The notes beneath the pieces are model-generated. The model ran no database searches. It had not been told where the DNA came from and worked only from the letters and a program-made list of their open reading frames with translations. From assembly GCA_000092065.1 (NCBI GenBank), contig CP000591.1: a DNA stretch of 64,000 bases. One strand, 5' to 3'. This document shows, piece by piece, positions 1 to 10,468 of the stretch. Within the stretch, counting starts at the first letter, position 1. Every line of letters starts with the position of its first letter. A program made the position numbers and the translations under genes. The stretch is from Ostreococcus lucimarinus (lineage: Eukaryota).

Positions 1-1
1 G

Positions 2-418
2 CACGCGTCGAGCGCGTACGTGCACTCACTGAGTGAAGTCTTGGAGAACCCCACGGTTCGAGCTTTGATTTCCGATACCAAAGCGGCGAGCGAAGTGAAA
101 GCGCTCGATGACTTCTTCGAAATGCTCGCTAATGATCCCGCGCGCGCGTTTTACGGTCCCGCGCACGTCATGGCGGCGCACGAGCTGAACGCCATCGACA
201 AGCTTTTGATCACGGATACGGTGTTTCGAACGCGCAACGTCGCGCAACGAAAAATGTGGGTGCGCGTCACCGAAGAAGTCACGAAATCTGGTGGAATCGT
301 GCACATTTTTTCATCCGCGCACGCGAGCGGGGAGCAGCTCGAGCAAATCACGGGCGCGGCGGCGATTTTGCGATTTCCACTACCCGACCTCGCCGACGCC
401 GAGTTGCCGGCGCTCTAG
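2..418 (+). CDS. PELO: Pelota/Dom34 ribosome-rescue factor, C-terminal part (gene begins upstream of the window)
   Basis: The reading frame is open from the window edge. The motif DDFFEMLANDPARAFYGPAHVMAAHELNAIDKLLITD ... VHIFSSAHASGEQLEQITGAAAILRFP matches eRF1 domain 3 of Pelota. The nominal M at 20 is a GTG codon. Confidence 0.8.
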   Translation, partial: HASSAYVHSLSEVLENPTVRALISDTKAASEVKALDDFFEMLANDPARAFYGPAHVMAAHELNAIDKLLITDTVFRTRNVAQRKMWVRVTEEVTKSGGIVHIFSSAHASGEQLEQITGAAAILRFPLPDLADAELPAL

Positions 419-488
419 TCTTTTAGTGAACAACGTAGCGGTCATCATTCATAAACAATTCTTTCGTCGCTAAATTTTACGAGACGAT

Positions 489-1298
489 CTAAAACAACAA
501 ATCTTCGTCGTGCTCGCTTTCGATCAAATTCCCTCCCGCCCCGCGTCCGCCCTCACCTCCGATGACGTCCCCGAACGCCCGCAACTCCGCATCCACGGCT
601 TGCGTGATCCGTTTCTCTTCCTCCGCCTCCATCATCTCCGTCTCCTCGATGTCTTTCTTCTTCTTCGCCTGCACCTTTTTCAACCTAAAGAACTCCTCCC
701 GCTCGAGTTCGTCCAACTCGCTCAAGATGTACTTCACCGTGTTCTGCAATCTCGGCGTCACGTAATTCTCCAACGCGTTCACCCGTCGATTCGTCGTCTT
801 TATCGCCTCGTCCAGCGTCACGAACGCCGTCTGCAAGCTCGCTAATTCGCTCAACAATCCAATCGCCTCGCCGTACGACGCCTTCGCCTCTCGCACGCGC
901 GCCCCCCCCCGCGCCAATCCCGTCAGCTCCATCCTCCGTTCGTCCGCCCCGCACTTCCTGCACGTAAACTTCGGTATCTTCACTCCCGCCACGTTATCCT
1001 CGTGCGCCATCACTCGCACGTTCGCCCGGTCCACGCCGTCCAGCACCGCGTGCTTCACCGCGTCCCCCCCCGCGTACTTCGCCCGCGTCCACGCGAAGTG
1101 CGCGTCCCGCATCGACGTCGCCAGCTTACGCTTCGCCTCGACGATGTCGCGCAGGATGCCGCGATACCGCAGCGTCAGCGCGTCCGCCTTCTTCTTCAGC
1201 AATCGATGCCCGCGCTGCGCGCCCGCGAGCCGAGATTTGATCACCGCGAGCGTCGTCACCGTCGGCGTCACGTTCAATCGCGCGCCCGCGCTCGACAT
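489..1298 (-). CDS. ATP6V1D: V-type ATPase subunit D
   Basis: Translates to MSSAGARLNVTPTVTTLAVIKSRLAGAQRGH..LLKKKADALT ... LDEAIKTTNRRVNALENYVTPRL, collinear with V-ATPase subunit D/Vma8 along its full length. A real ATG lies at 1298; the ORF-track start at 1445 is an Arg-rich upstream extension. Confidence 0.9.
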   Translation of the reverse strand: MSSAGARLNVTPTVTTLAVIKSRLAGAQRGHRLLKKKADALTLRYRGILRDIVEAKRKLATSMRDAHFAWTRAKYAGGDAVKHAVLDGVDRANVRVMAHEDNVAGVKIPKFTCRKCGADERRMELTGLARGGARVREAKASYGEAIGLLSELASLQTAFVTLDEAIKTTNRRVNALENYVTPRLQNTVKYILSELDELEREEFFRLKKVQAKKKKDIEETEMMEAEEEKRITQAVDAELRAFGDVIGGEGGRGAGGNLIESEHDEDLLF

Positions 1299-1402
1299 GA
1301 CGGCGATTGAATGATCCGCGCGTCGGGTCGCGGCGTTCCTATCGCGTCGGCGCGCGATGTGCGGCGTCACATCGCGCGCCGCATCCATCCATCCATCGCG
1401 CG

Positions 1403-2578
1403 ATGCGCGCGCGCGGCGTCGCGCGCGTCGCGTCGGGACGTCCATCGACGCGCGCGAGGCGCGTCGTCCATCGACGTCGCGCGCGCGCGTCGATGGACGA
1501 CGCGCGAGGCGCGAAGCGGGCGTCGCCGACGCGCGAGACGACGACGATGGCGAATCTGGACTCGGCGCTGGGGACGCGCGCGCGCGACGGCGACGGCGCG
1601 GCGACGCGCGAAGCGCGATCGACGCGCGACGAGGCGTCGGACGACGCGACGCGCGGGCGCGCGGATCCGCTGGCGGCGTACGACGCGGATCGGGATTGGC
1701 TCGGCGCGGGGCCGCGATGGGACGTCCCGCACGGCGGCGCGCGCTTCGCGGCGACGATGCTCGCCGTGGACGCGAGCTTCTACGCGGCGGGGTGCTTGGC
1801 GCCGATGGTTGAGCACGCGGCGAGGGCGAGTCGGGAAGGGCGGGACGCGCCCGAGAGCGCGGAGGCGCTGGCGGAGGATTTGCGACGCGCGTTCGACGAC
1901 CCGAGCGCGTTCGCGGATATTCTACTAGACGCGGAGATTATTCAAATCGCGCTCGGCGCGGGGATTTTGGCGCTGAGCGTGAAGAAGTTCGCGCCGCTGC
2001 CGTTGGGGTGGTTTAACGATGCGTTCTCGTCGAGTGATGCGGCGGTCAACGCGACGGGTCGCGACGCGTCGAAGTGGAAGCGAGACGCCGCGGCCAAGGC
2101 GCAAAACGAACGCGCGAGCGCGAGCGCGAGCGAGGCGGGAAGGGCGATTTTAGGCACGTTTTTAGGCGTCGCGCTCGTGACGTGGGTTTTGTACGCCGCG
2201 GGATTACGCGGAGGCGATGGGAATGGGTCGTCTAGCGTAGACGTCATCGAAAAGGCGTTCGCGGCGGGCCCTCACGGAATCGCGAATCTCGTCGTCACGA
2301 CGGTGATTTTGGCGCCGATTTTTGAGGAGACCGTGTTTCGCGGGTACATGTTGCCGTCGCTCACGAAATTTATGGACACCACCCCAGCCATCGGGGTGTC
2401 GGCGCTGATTTTCGCGTTGATTCACCAGCACGGCGTCGGCGACACGGTGCAACTCGTCGCCGTTGGGTTGGCGACGGGCATCGTGTACGCGAGGACGAGA
2501 AACTTGGCAGCATCCATCGCGGTGCACGCGGCGTTCAACGCGAGCGTCATCGCGTTGTTCGCTTTGTGGGTAAGTTGA
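1403..2578 (+). CDS. CPBP-family (CAAX protease / Abi) intramembrane metalloprotease with an Arg/Ala/Ser-rich N-terminal presequence
   Basis: The C-terminal half carries the CPBP motifs PIFEETVFRGY ... FALIHQ ... HAAFN plus several hydrophobic helices. The first in-frame ATG is at 1403; the track start at 1307 is TTG. Confidence 0.7.
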   Translation: MRARGVARVASGRPSTRARRVVHRRRARASMDDARGAKRASPTRETTTMANLDSALGTRARDGDGAATREARSTRDEASDDATRGRADPLAAYDADRDWLGAGPRWDVPHGGARFAATMLAVDASFYAAGCLAPMVEHAARASREGRDAPESAEALAEDLRRAFDDPSAFADILLDAEIIQIALGAGILALSVKKFAPLPLGWFNDAFSSSDAAVNATGRDASKWKRDAAAKAQNERASASASEAGRAILGTFLGVALVTWVLYAAGLRGGDGNGSSSVDVIEKAFAAGPHGIANLVVTTVILAPIFEETVFRGYMLPSLTKFMDTTPAIGVSALIFALIHQHGVGDTVQLVAVGLATGIVYARTRNLAASIAVHAAFNASVIALFALWVS

Positions 2579-2616
2579 GCGAGTAACGCAGCAACTAGTA
2601 TATTTTATTCAATTGA

Positions 2617-3762
2617 TTACGCGCTAGAAAGAAATTCATCCGCGTCCAACGCTCGGCGCACGCTAAATCGCTCGTTCGGATCGACGGCGGCTAATCTCGT
2701 GATCGTCGCCCACGCGCCCAATTCATCCAATAATGTGAAATCATTCACCCCTGGCACGCACACCTCGCGACGCCAAAGGTCTAAATCTCCCCCGCACGCG
2801 TCAATATCCTTTCGCGCGCGCACGATGGCGCTTTCCCCGCGAAGAGACGGCACGCCGCATCTGAGGAGCGTGACGCCGAGCGAGTACGCATCGAGCAACA
2901 CCGTCGGTGGCTCTCCACTCGGCTCGAGCGTAAAACCATTCGCGGAACTCGCTTCGGCGTTTTTCTTCCTCCCGAACAACCCACCGATGCTCGGAAATCC
3001 ACCGAGCGGCGGCGAACTCGCCACTTTACGAAACTGCTCCGGAGCGCCGTACGTCGGATCAAATATCGCCTCCGCGCCGTCCATATTCCGACCCGTCTGC
3101 ACGTCCGCGCACGCCCCCACGTCGCACAACAACGTCCGCTTTCGTGCGTCGGATAAAATGACATTCGCCGGTTTCACATCCCTGTGTATCATATCGAACG
3201 CGTGCACCGACGCCACGGCTCGCGCGAGCGTCGACGCGAGAAATCGAAACGCCGCCGCGTCGTCGCTCAAATCCCCAAACGTCTCCCTCGCCAGCGCCAG
3301 CCCATCGCCGCGCGCGAGAACGTCCTCTAAAGTCACTCGTCCGACGTCTTCCCACACGAGCCACTGTCCGACGCCGGCGGCGCCCATGAAGGGCGCGACG
3401 CCGTCGCAGTCGCGCAGCGCTCGCGCGCTCTCGAGCTCGTCCGCGTAAAAGCTTTCCACGTCCCGGCCTCGCACGTCCACGCGATACCGCTTGGCGACGA
3501 CGTTCGCAGAATCCTCGTACGTGCCGCGGAAGCACTCGGAGAAGGCGCCGCGACCGACGACGGCGCGCTCGTCGATGCGAAGTTTCGCGAGCGTGAGCTC
3601 CGGGACAGCCGATGTCCCGGAGGTGAAATCCGCGCCGTCTTGCTCGTAAAACGAGCGCCGTCGGCCGAGCGCCGTTCGAGATCGCGCGCGCGCGCGTTGC
3701 GACGCCGTGCGCGCGCGTGCGAGGGCGCGCGCGGGCGCGGGCGTCGATGGACGCGCGCGCAT
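2617..3762 (-). CDS. Ser/Thr protein kinase
   Basis: Kinase motifs are all present: glycine loop GRGAFSECFRG, VAKRY lysine, HRDVKPANVIL catalytic loop, DVGAC and APEQ. The start is an ATG at 3762. Confidence 0.75.
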   Translation of the reverse strand: MRARPSTPAPARALARARTASQRARARSRTALGRRRSFYEQDGADFTSGTSAVPELTLAKLRIDERAVVGRGAFSECFRGTYEDSANVVAKRYRVDVRGRDVESFYADELESARALRDCDGVAPFMGAAGVGQWLVWEDVGRVTLEDVLARGDGLALARETFGDLSDDAAAFRFLASTLARAVASVHAFDMIHRDVKPANVILSDARKRTLLCDVGACADVQTGRNMDGAEAIFDPTYGAPEQFRKVASSPPLGGFPSIGGLFGRKKNAEASSANGFTLEPSGEPPTVLLDAYSLGVTLLRCGVPSLRGESAIVRARKDIDACGGDLDLWRREVCVPGVNDFTLLDELGAWATITRLAAVDPNERFSVRRALDADEFLSSA

Positions 3763-3842
3763 GGCGTCGCGTTGTGCGGACGAGCGCGCGAGCCGAGTAC
3801 GATTTCGATCGAGTCAACGCGCTCGCACGAGTTACATGACGC

Positions 3843-4781
3843 CTACACCGAGTCGAAGAGTTTTTGCCACTTCTGCACGTCGTCCTGCGGGCCGTCGCCG
3901 CCCTCGGTGCTTCCGAGCTCGTACGCTCGACCGGCGGCGCTCGCGCACACGAGCGCCGCGCACGCGGCTTCGGCGACGACGAGCCTGGACGTCGCTTCGG
4001 GCAGCAGCTTGTCGTCGCCACCGCCGATCTGCACGTCACGACGCGCGCCAGACGTCGCCTTGAGCAGGGTGTTTAAATCGTACGACGTGTACGGGCCGTC
4101 GGTGAGTCGACCGGGGCGTAAAATCGTATACGGCAACCCGGAATTCTCCACGCACTCCTCACCCTTCCTCTTCCACTTCAGCACCCCGAACGCGTTCAAG
4201 ACGACGAACGGCATCACGTTCGTTCTCAAAACGCCCACGCTGGACACGAAGACGAATCGCTTCAAATTCGGCGCTAATTTCTTCGTCGCCTCGACGACGT
4301 TTCGCGCGCCGACGTAATCCGTCGCCTCCGGCCCGTTCGTAAACTTCCCATCCTCATCCCGCCATCGCGCGCTCGGAAACGCCGTCGTCCCGAGACAACA
4401 CACCACCGCCTCGACGTCGCCGTCGAACGCGCCCGACGCCTCGATCGAACGCGCGTCTCGACAATCGACGCCGCCGACGCTTCGCGGCCCCGTCGTCGTC
4501 GTCTCCTCCGTCCCGCGCCCTCTCGACACCGCCACGACGTCGTACCCGCGCGCGTGCAGTTTCGCGCAGATCACCTGTCCGACCCCACCGCGCGCGCCGA
4601 CGACGACGACGCGCGCCCCGCGCCCTATCGTCGTCGTCGTCGTCGTCGTCCCGTTCCCATTCGCATTCGCATTCGCGCCGCCGCGTCGTCGCCCTCGCGC
4701 GTCGCGTCGTCGCCGACGGTCCACCGCCCCGCGCGACCGCACCGCGACGACCGCCGCGTCTCTCGCGCGCGCCGTCGACAT
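3843..4781 (-). CDS. NAD(P)-binding Rossmann-fold protein, atypical SDR / NmrA-like, with a transit-peptide-like N-terminus
   Basis: Has the dinucleotide-binding motif VVVVGARGGVGQVICAKLHARGYDVVAVSR and an SDR-like fold. The Thr7 run is encoded by an (ACG)n stretch. Start placed at the ATG at 4781. Confidence 0.65.
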   Translation of the reverse strand: MSTARARDAAVVAVRSRGAVDRRRRRDARGRRRGGANANANGNGTTTTTTTIGRGARVVVVGARGGVGQVICAKLHARGYDVVAVSRGRGTEETTTTGPRSVGGVDCRDARSIEASGAFDGDVEAVVCCLGTTAFPSARWRDEDGKFTNGPEATDYVGARNVVEATKKLAPNLKRFVFVSSVGVLRTNVMPFVVLNAFGVLKWKRKGEECVENSGLPYTILRPGRLTDGPYTSYDLNTLLKATSGARRDVQIGGGDDKLLPEATSRLVVAEAACAALVCASAAGRAYELGSTEGGDGPQDDVQKWQKLFDSV

Positions 4782-5386
4782 CGCGCGTCGCGTCGTCGCC
4801 TGGCGCCGCGACCGTCGACGCGATGCCCCTGAACCCTCGATAAATCTCTCCCGTGTGCACAAACACTACGAACAGTACTAAAACGCACGTCAATCATTAC
4901 ATAGCGATAAAGGACATAGAATGCGCGTAAACGAACGGCCGAGCGCGACCGACGCGCGCGCCACATCGCGCCCGACCATGCGCGCGGCGCTCGTCGCGAG
5001 CGGTGGAGGTGCGCGACGCGACGCGACGCGCGCGACGCGCGCGAAACCAAACGCGACGCGACGCGCGCGCGCCTCGAACGCGCGATGGACGACGCGCGAA
5101 ACGCGAAAACGATGGCGTCTCGAGACGAACGATCGACGGATCGACTGACGACGACGACGACGACGACGACGATAGGAATCGCGCGCGTGAGTCGCGAACG
5201 AAAGACGCGAAGCGGACGCGTTAAGGATAGACTCGCGATGCGAGCGACGCCGGCGAGCGCGCAGGCGGCGGCGACGGCGGTGAAGGTGCGACGACGACGA
5301 CGAGACGCGGCGACGCGAGACGAGCGGACGACGCGCGCGGACGACGAGACGCGGAGACTGACGAAGGCGCGACGCGATGGACGCGG

Positions 5387-7159
5387 ATGGGGACGCAGGG
5401 CGGCACGGCGCTGATAAGCACGACGGCGGAGTGGCGAGCGCTGAAGGAACACTTCGCGAATGAGATCGATAAGACGCACCTGAGAGATTTGATCGCGGAC
5501 GCGAAGCGATGCGAGGAGCTCGTGATTGAGAGCGACGGGGTGTACTGCGACTTTGCGAGACAGCGAGTGACGCACGATACGATGACGAAGTTGTACGATC
5601 TCGCGCGCGCGGCGGGGGTGAAGGAGAAGATCAATGCGATGTTTAATGGGGAGGCGATCAACTCCACGGAGAACCGGGCGGTTTTGCACGTCGCGACGCG
5701 GGCGCCGAAGGATAAGGTGATCAACGTCGACGGGAAAAACGTGGTGCCGGACGTGCACGACGTCTTGGATAAGATTAAGGACTTTTCTGAGCGCGTGCGC
5801 AACGGGGAATGGGTCGGGGAAACGGGTAAGCCGTTGAAGGATGTCGTGGCGATCGGGATTGGTGGATCTTTCCTCGGCCCGCTCTTCGTGCACACGTCGT
5901 TGCGCACGAACCCGGAAGCCGCCGACGAGGCGCGAGGGCGTCAGCTTCGGTTTTTGGCCAACGTCGACCCGGTCGACGTCGCTCGCTCGTTAAACGGTTT
6001 GGATCCGGAAACGACGCTCGTGATCGTGGTTTCGAAGACGTTCACCACGGCGGAGACTATGTTGAACGCGCGCACCGTGCGCGCGTGGATTCGCGCGTCC
6101 CTCGGCGAAGCCGCGGTGTCAAAGCACATGGTGGCCATTTCGACCAACTTGAAGCTCGTTGAAGAGTTTGGCATCGACCCTGATAACGCTTTCGCCTTCT
6201 GGGATTGGGTTGGCGGGCGATACTCCGTGTGCAGCGCCGTGGGGATGTTGCCGCTTTCGCTCCAGTACGGCTACGACACGATGGAGCAATTCTTGAAGGG
6301 CGCGTGGTCGATGGATCAACACTTTGCCAACGCGCCGTTCGAGAAGAACTTACCGCTGACGCTCGGTATGTTGTCCGTGTGGAACGTCAGCTTCCTGGAT
6401 TGTCCGGCTCGCGCCATTTTGCCGTACACGCAAGCGCTCGCCAAGCTCGCGCCGCACATTCAGCAAGTCGCGATGGAATCCAACGGTAAGGGCGTCGCCA
6501 TCGACGGCACCCCGCTCGATTACGAAACCGGTGAGATTGATTTCGGTGAGCCCGGTACGAATGGTCAGCACTCCTTCTACCAGCTCATTCATCAAGGTCG
6601 CACGATTCCGTGCGATTTCATCGGCATCATCAAATCGCAGCAAAGCGTGTACTTGAAGGGTGAAATCGTCTCCAACCACGACGAGTTGATGTGCAACTTC
6701 TTCGCCCAAGCCGACGCGCTCGCGGTTGGGAAATCCGCCATCGAGCTTCGTGCGGAATCTTGCCCGGATGCGTTGATCCCGCATAAGACTTTCACCGGTA
6801 ACCGTCCGTCGTTATCCATTTTGCTCCCCGAGCTCAACGCGTACACCACCGGTCAGCTCTTGTCGCTCTACGAGCACCGCGTCGCGACGCAAGGCTTCGT
6901 CTGGGGCTTGAACTCGTTCGATCAATGGGGCGTCGAGCTCGGCAAGGTGCTCGCCTCCCGCGTGCGCACGTCCATGAACAGCAAGCGCACCAAGGGTGAA
7001 ATCATGACCCCCGGCGACGGCTTCAACCCGTCCACCACCGCCCTGTTGAACCGCTACCTCGCGGGCAAGGCGAAGCTCATCTATCCGGAGCCCAAGGACG
7101 TGTTCCCGTGCGATTTGATCGACGGCGACGAGTGCCGTCCGCCCACGTCGTACGTATGA
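5387..7159 (+). CDS. PGI: glucose-6-phosphate isomerase, plant cytosolic type
   Basis: Near-collinear over about 590 aa with plant cytosolic PGI. Matching blocks include [39 protein letters not shown] and [19 protein letters not shown]. Confidence 0.95.
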   Translation: MGTQGGTALISTTAEWRALKEHFANEIDKTHLRDLIADAKRCEELVIESDGVYCDFARQRVTHDTMTKLYDLARAAGVKEKINAMFNGEAINSTENRAVLHVATRAPKDKVINVDGKNVVPDVHDVLDKIKDFSERVRNGEWVGETGKPLKDVVAIGIGGSFLGPLFVHTSLRTNPEAADEARGRQLRFLANVDPVDVARSLNGLDPETTLVIVVSKTFTTAETMLNARTVRAWIRASLGEAAVSKHMVAISTNLKLVEEFGIDPDNAFAFWDWVGGRYSVCSAVGMLPLSLQYGYDTMEQFLKGAWSMDQHFANAPFEKNLPLTLGMLSVWNVSFLDCPARAILPYTQALAKLAPHIQQVAMESNGKGVAIDGTPLDYETGEIDFGEPGTNGQHSFYQLIHQGRTIPCDFIGIIKSQQSVYLKGEIVSNHDELMCNFFAQADALAVGKSAIELRAESCPDALIPHKTFTGNRPSLSILLPELNAYTTGQLLSLYEHRVATQGFVWGLNSFDQWGVELGKVLASRVRTSMNSKRTKGEIMTPGDGFNPSTTALLNRYLAGKAKLIYPEPKDVFPCDLIDGDECRPPTSYV

Positions 7160-7369
7160 TCGCGCTCGACCGCGGCGTACATGTAACAAGCACACTAAAT
7201 TCGCGAGCGCCTTCCCCCTCGCGCGCGTCGCGCCTCGCCTCGCCGGCTGACGCGGACGCGTCGACGCATCGCGACGCGATCACATCGTCGCGCCGCGCGC
7301 GTCAGCCGGCGAGCGTCGACGCTCCGAGCGCGCGAAAGAGCGCGACGAACCGTTCGCGTCGCGCGCGCG

Positions 7370-8218
7370 ATGGCCTCGCGCGCGTCCGCGCCGTCGGCGC
7401 GCGCGACGTCGACGAAAACTCGGCGCGCGACGGGGAATCATCGCCGAACGATGATCGCGCGTCTCGCGCGTTCGCGCGTCGCGCGCGCGTCGAACGGCGA
7501 GGGAGACGAAGAATTTCGAGCGTCCGTGGATGGATTGAGGGAACCGTGCGACGATTTCGTGTGCAAGAGCTCGCCCGCGGTGGAGAACACGCTAAAGTCG
7601 TTGATTAAGGACATCAACGCGGCGCGAGGGACGAATCGAAGCGCGGCGCCGTACTCGCCCGACGTGACGTACGACGACGGCGCGCTGCGATTCGCGGGGA
7701 GCGAAAAGTATAAGCGGTACTGCTCGTACATCGAGAATAATCTGAGGCAGGTGACGACGAGGGTGACGGAGATATCGATGGAGGGGTCGCTGGACGTCGC
7801 GACGGTGAAGTGGGAGTTGAACGCGGTGAACGACATCGGAAGAGTCGGCGTGGACGTGACGGCGACGTATAAGATGAATTTGATCACGGGGCGAGTGTTG
7901 GAACACAGAGAGCAATGGGTGGTGAATCCAGCGAGGACGGATGCGCAGGCGGGGGCGTTGTTGGAGTCGACGCGAAAGGCGCACGCGTTGCCGCTCAACG
8001 CCATGGAGGTGGCGGACGAGGCGAAGAAGAAGTTTCGAGAGATTTCGAAATCGTTCGCGTCGGAGGACGACCAAGAAAATAGTAACATATACGTCGACCC
8101 GAACGACCCGATGAAGTTTTTCCAGCAAGACGACACGTCAAAGACGGATCTCTTGCAGTTGAGTCTCGTCGCCGCCGTCATCTATCTCCTGACGAAGGTT
8201 TTTCAAGTCTTGAATTGA
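7370..8218 (+). CDS. hypothetical protein with a C-terminal transmembrane anchor and a transit-peptide-like N-terminus
   Basis: High G/C at codon third positions and a non-repetitive sequence, unlike the low-complexity antisense ORF at 7438-8181. Ends in a hydrophobic tail LLQLSLVAAVIYLLTKVF. I recognise no family. Confidence 0.45.
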   Translation: MASRASAPSARATSTKTRRATGNHRRTMIARLARSRVARASNGEGDEEFRASVDGLREPCDDFVCKSSPAVENTLKSLIKDINAARGTNRSAAPYSPDVTYDDGALRFAGSEKYKRYCSYIENNLRQVTTRVTEISMEGSLDVATVKWELNAVNDIGRVGVDVTATYKMNLITGRVLEHREQWVVNPARTDAQAGALLESTRKAHALPLNAMEVADEAKKKFREISKSFASEDDQENSNIYVDPNDPMKFFQQDDTSKTDLLQLSLVAAVIYLLTKVFQVLN

Positions 8219-8251
8219 TATCGCTGTAATATTTATCACATCTGTGCCGCG

Positions 8252-9238
8252 CTATTCGATATCGTACGAGTCGCCAAACATCATGCGTCTCGCTTCGCCT
8301 TCCGAGCGAAGATGCTTGAGCGCCGTCGCAGCGCGCCGATCGACGCTGCCTCCTCCGCTCGAGCCACCGTCTCGCCGTCCTTTGTTCTTCCCTTTCTTTT
8401 TCCCTCGCCTCCTTAAAGACGTCACCGCGTCTTCGCCGTCCCGTCCCGACGCTGACGCCGACGCCGACGTCGAAGCATCGCTCGTCTCCGTCGCCTCCGT
8501 CGTCTCCGCCTTCTCGTTCTCCGGAATGCGTCCTCGCAGTCTCGCGAGTAACTTCCCACCCGTCGTGTGCTCCCATCCCGTCAAATCCGTCAGCCCAAAC
8601 TCCACCAAAAACTCTTCAAAATATTCCTCCGCCGTCACGCGATCGGGCTTTGGTAAGTTCTTATTCCTACTCTTTAACTTTTGCAAATAAAAGGCGCTCT
8701 GCATCAACGATTGCTTGTCCGCCGCTCTCGAAGTGTACTGCGCCACCGAAACGAACGACACACAAAACGCCGTAAACACCGTCATCACCAACCATGCGCT
8801 GAATTTCACCTCCTCCTTATCAAACGCGCTTCTCTTTCCAAATTTCGGTCTCGCAAACTTCGGCAACGACGCGATGACGTCGTCGTACTCTTTCCGCAGC
8901 GTCTCGTCGAGCAAAATTTTCTTCGCCTCGGCGATGACTTCAAAATGTTTCTTCGCCTTTTGGCGCTGCGCACGGTCCATCTCCTTCGGCAGTTTGTCCG
9001 GGTGCAAGCTCAGGGCGAGTTTACGGTACTTCTTCGCGATGATCGTGCTATTGGCGTCTCGTGCGACGTCCAGAGCGCCGTAAAAGTCGTTTCGAGCGTA
9101 GTGGATGAACTCATAGGTTGTCGACGCTTCGACGCCGCGCACGCGCGACGCGACGCACGCAAACGCGGATGCGCACGCGAACAAGGTCACATACCACGTC
9201 GCACGTCGGCGCGTCGCACGCGAACGCGCGTTCGACAT
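8252..9238 (-). CDS. membrane DnaJ (J-domain) protein, DNAJC1/ERdj-like
   Basis: Has an N-terminal signal/TM segment (YVTLFACASAFACVA) followed by a J domain with the HPD motif (YGALDV ... YRKLALSLHPDK ... EYD) and a second TM helix. Confidence 0.75.
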   Translation of the reverse strand: MSNARSRATRRRATWYVTLFACASAFACVASRVRGVEASTTYEFIHYARNDFYGALDVARDANSTIIAKKYRKLALSLHPDKLPKEMDRAQRQKAKKHFEVIAEAKKILLDETLRKEYDDVIASLPKFARPKFGKRSAFDKEEVKFSAWLVMTVFTAFCVSFVSVAQYTSRAADKQSLMQSAFYLQKLKSRNKNLPKPDRVTAEEYFEEFLVEFGLTDLTGWEHTTGGKLLARLRGRIPENEKAETTEATETSDASTSASASASGRDGEDAVTSLRRRGKKKGKNKGRRDGGSSGGGSVDRRAATALKHLRSEGEARRMMFGDSYDIE

Positions 9239-9379
9239 CGAGTCTCGTCGCTCGAGCGCGGGAATGTGTGGTTCTCGTCGTCTGGGCGGCGCTCGGGCGC
9301 CGCCGCGTCTCAGTTGTTTTTACAAACGCGCTATTCGCTGCGGCGCGTCGATGGTTTCGACGCGACGGTGACTGTGACT

Positions 9380-10402
9380 CTAATTTTTCGACTTTTTCCT
9401 AGGTGACCCGAACGCGTGCTCCGGTGGGCCTTGCGCATCGACGGCGCGAAGCGCGACGTCGCGCTCGACCTCGTCGATCATGGAGAACAAAAATTCGCCC
9501 AGCTCGTCGTCGGCGTCCATGAGGGATTGCATGACGTTCTCCACCGTGCCCTCGTCGATGAGTTCGCCCTTCGCTGGATCACCGTATTTCGACAGTTGCA
9601 CCTTACCGCGACCGCCGAGCGCGCCGACGATGACGTCCGCCATCTTCTTTTGCGCCGCGCCGTCGGCGAGCTCTGGCATGTGAAACGGACGCAGCGACCC
9701 GAGCGGCGCCTTCGCGCTCAACGGCGTCAGTTTCGGCGTCCCGTGCATCGATCGCGCCCCACTCGTAGACGCGACCGCGTTCCCGTTCGCCGTCGGCCCT
9801 CGTCCGGGAACGAACCGTTTCGGCGCCACGCTCGCCTTTTTCCGTCGATTCGAACCCGCCGGCGCCGGCGCCGCATCCGCCGCTCGTCTCGTCGCCGCGA
9901 TTTCCCTCTCCACGATTTCCTCCGATTCCGACTCCGACCTTTCGTCGTCATCCACCGCATCGCTCTCGCTCCCCGACGCTCCGCTCGCGTCGTCTCTCGT
10001 CCCTCTCCGTCCCCGTCCGCGTCCTTCGTCTCGCGACTTCGACTCGCGTCCCGCCAGCGCGTCGTCGATCACCTTCATCATCTTCCCCACCACTCCCGTG
10101 CAATGTCGTCGTCGATGCTCCGCGTCCTTCAACCGCACGTATTCATCGATCACGCGCTTCAAATCCTTCGTCTTTCTCCCCCCTCCGCGCGGCGCGTCGT
10201 CGCCGAGCGTCGTCGCCGCGTCTTTTAAAAACGCCTTTCTCGCGCCTTCGTACCCTTGTCGTTCGAGATAGCGCAGCACGACGCGCGCGACGTCCGCGTC
10301 GTCCACGCGCGCGGGTTTCGTCGCGCGCTTCATCGTCGCGCGCGCGTCGGAAGAGCGCGTCGCGGCGGCGTGTGACGCGCCGATGAGGATTCGCGCTGAC
10401 AT
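9380..10402 (-). CDS. LisH-motif protein with long acidic Ser/Asp/Glu-rich tracts (Nopp140/treacle-like architecture; weak assignment)
   Basis: An N-terminal LisH-like helix pair (VARVVLRYLERQGYEGARKAFLKDA) is followed by SGSESDAVDDDERSESESEE tracts and a basic KKxS region. ATG codons at 10402 and 10333 are both usable. Confidence 0.4.
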   Translation of the reverse strand: MSARILIGASHAAATRSSDARATMKRATKPARVDDADVARVVLRYLERQGYEGARKAFLKDAATTLGDDAPRGGGRKTKDLKRVIDEYVRLKDAEHRRRHCTGVVGKMMKVIDDALAGRESKSRDEGRGRGRRGTRDDASGASGSESDAVDDDERSESESEEIVEREIAATRRAADAAPAPAGSNRRKKASVAPKRFVPGRGPTANGNAVASTSGARSMHGTPKLTPLSAKAPLGSLRPFHMPELADGAAQKKMADVIVGALGGRGKVQLSKYGDPAKGELIDEGTVENVMQSLMDADDELGEFLFSMIDEVERDVALRAVDAQGPPEHAFGSPRKKSKN

Positions 10403-10468
10403 CGTTATCTAACCGTCGTCGTCATTCCGCGACGCGACGCGCTCTTCCGACGCCGAGACGCGCGCGCG

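Noticed and set aside
4625-5893. 422-aa minus-strand ORF overlapping the 5' half of PGI
   Set aside because: Arg/Ala/Val-rich and low-complexity, antisense to a strongly conserved PGI frame, with no domain signature. It is a typical GC-shadow ORF.
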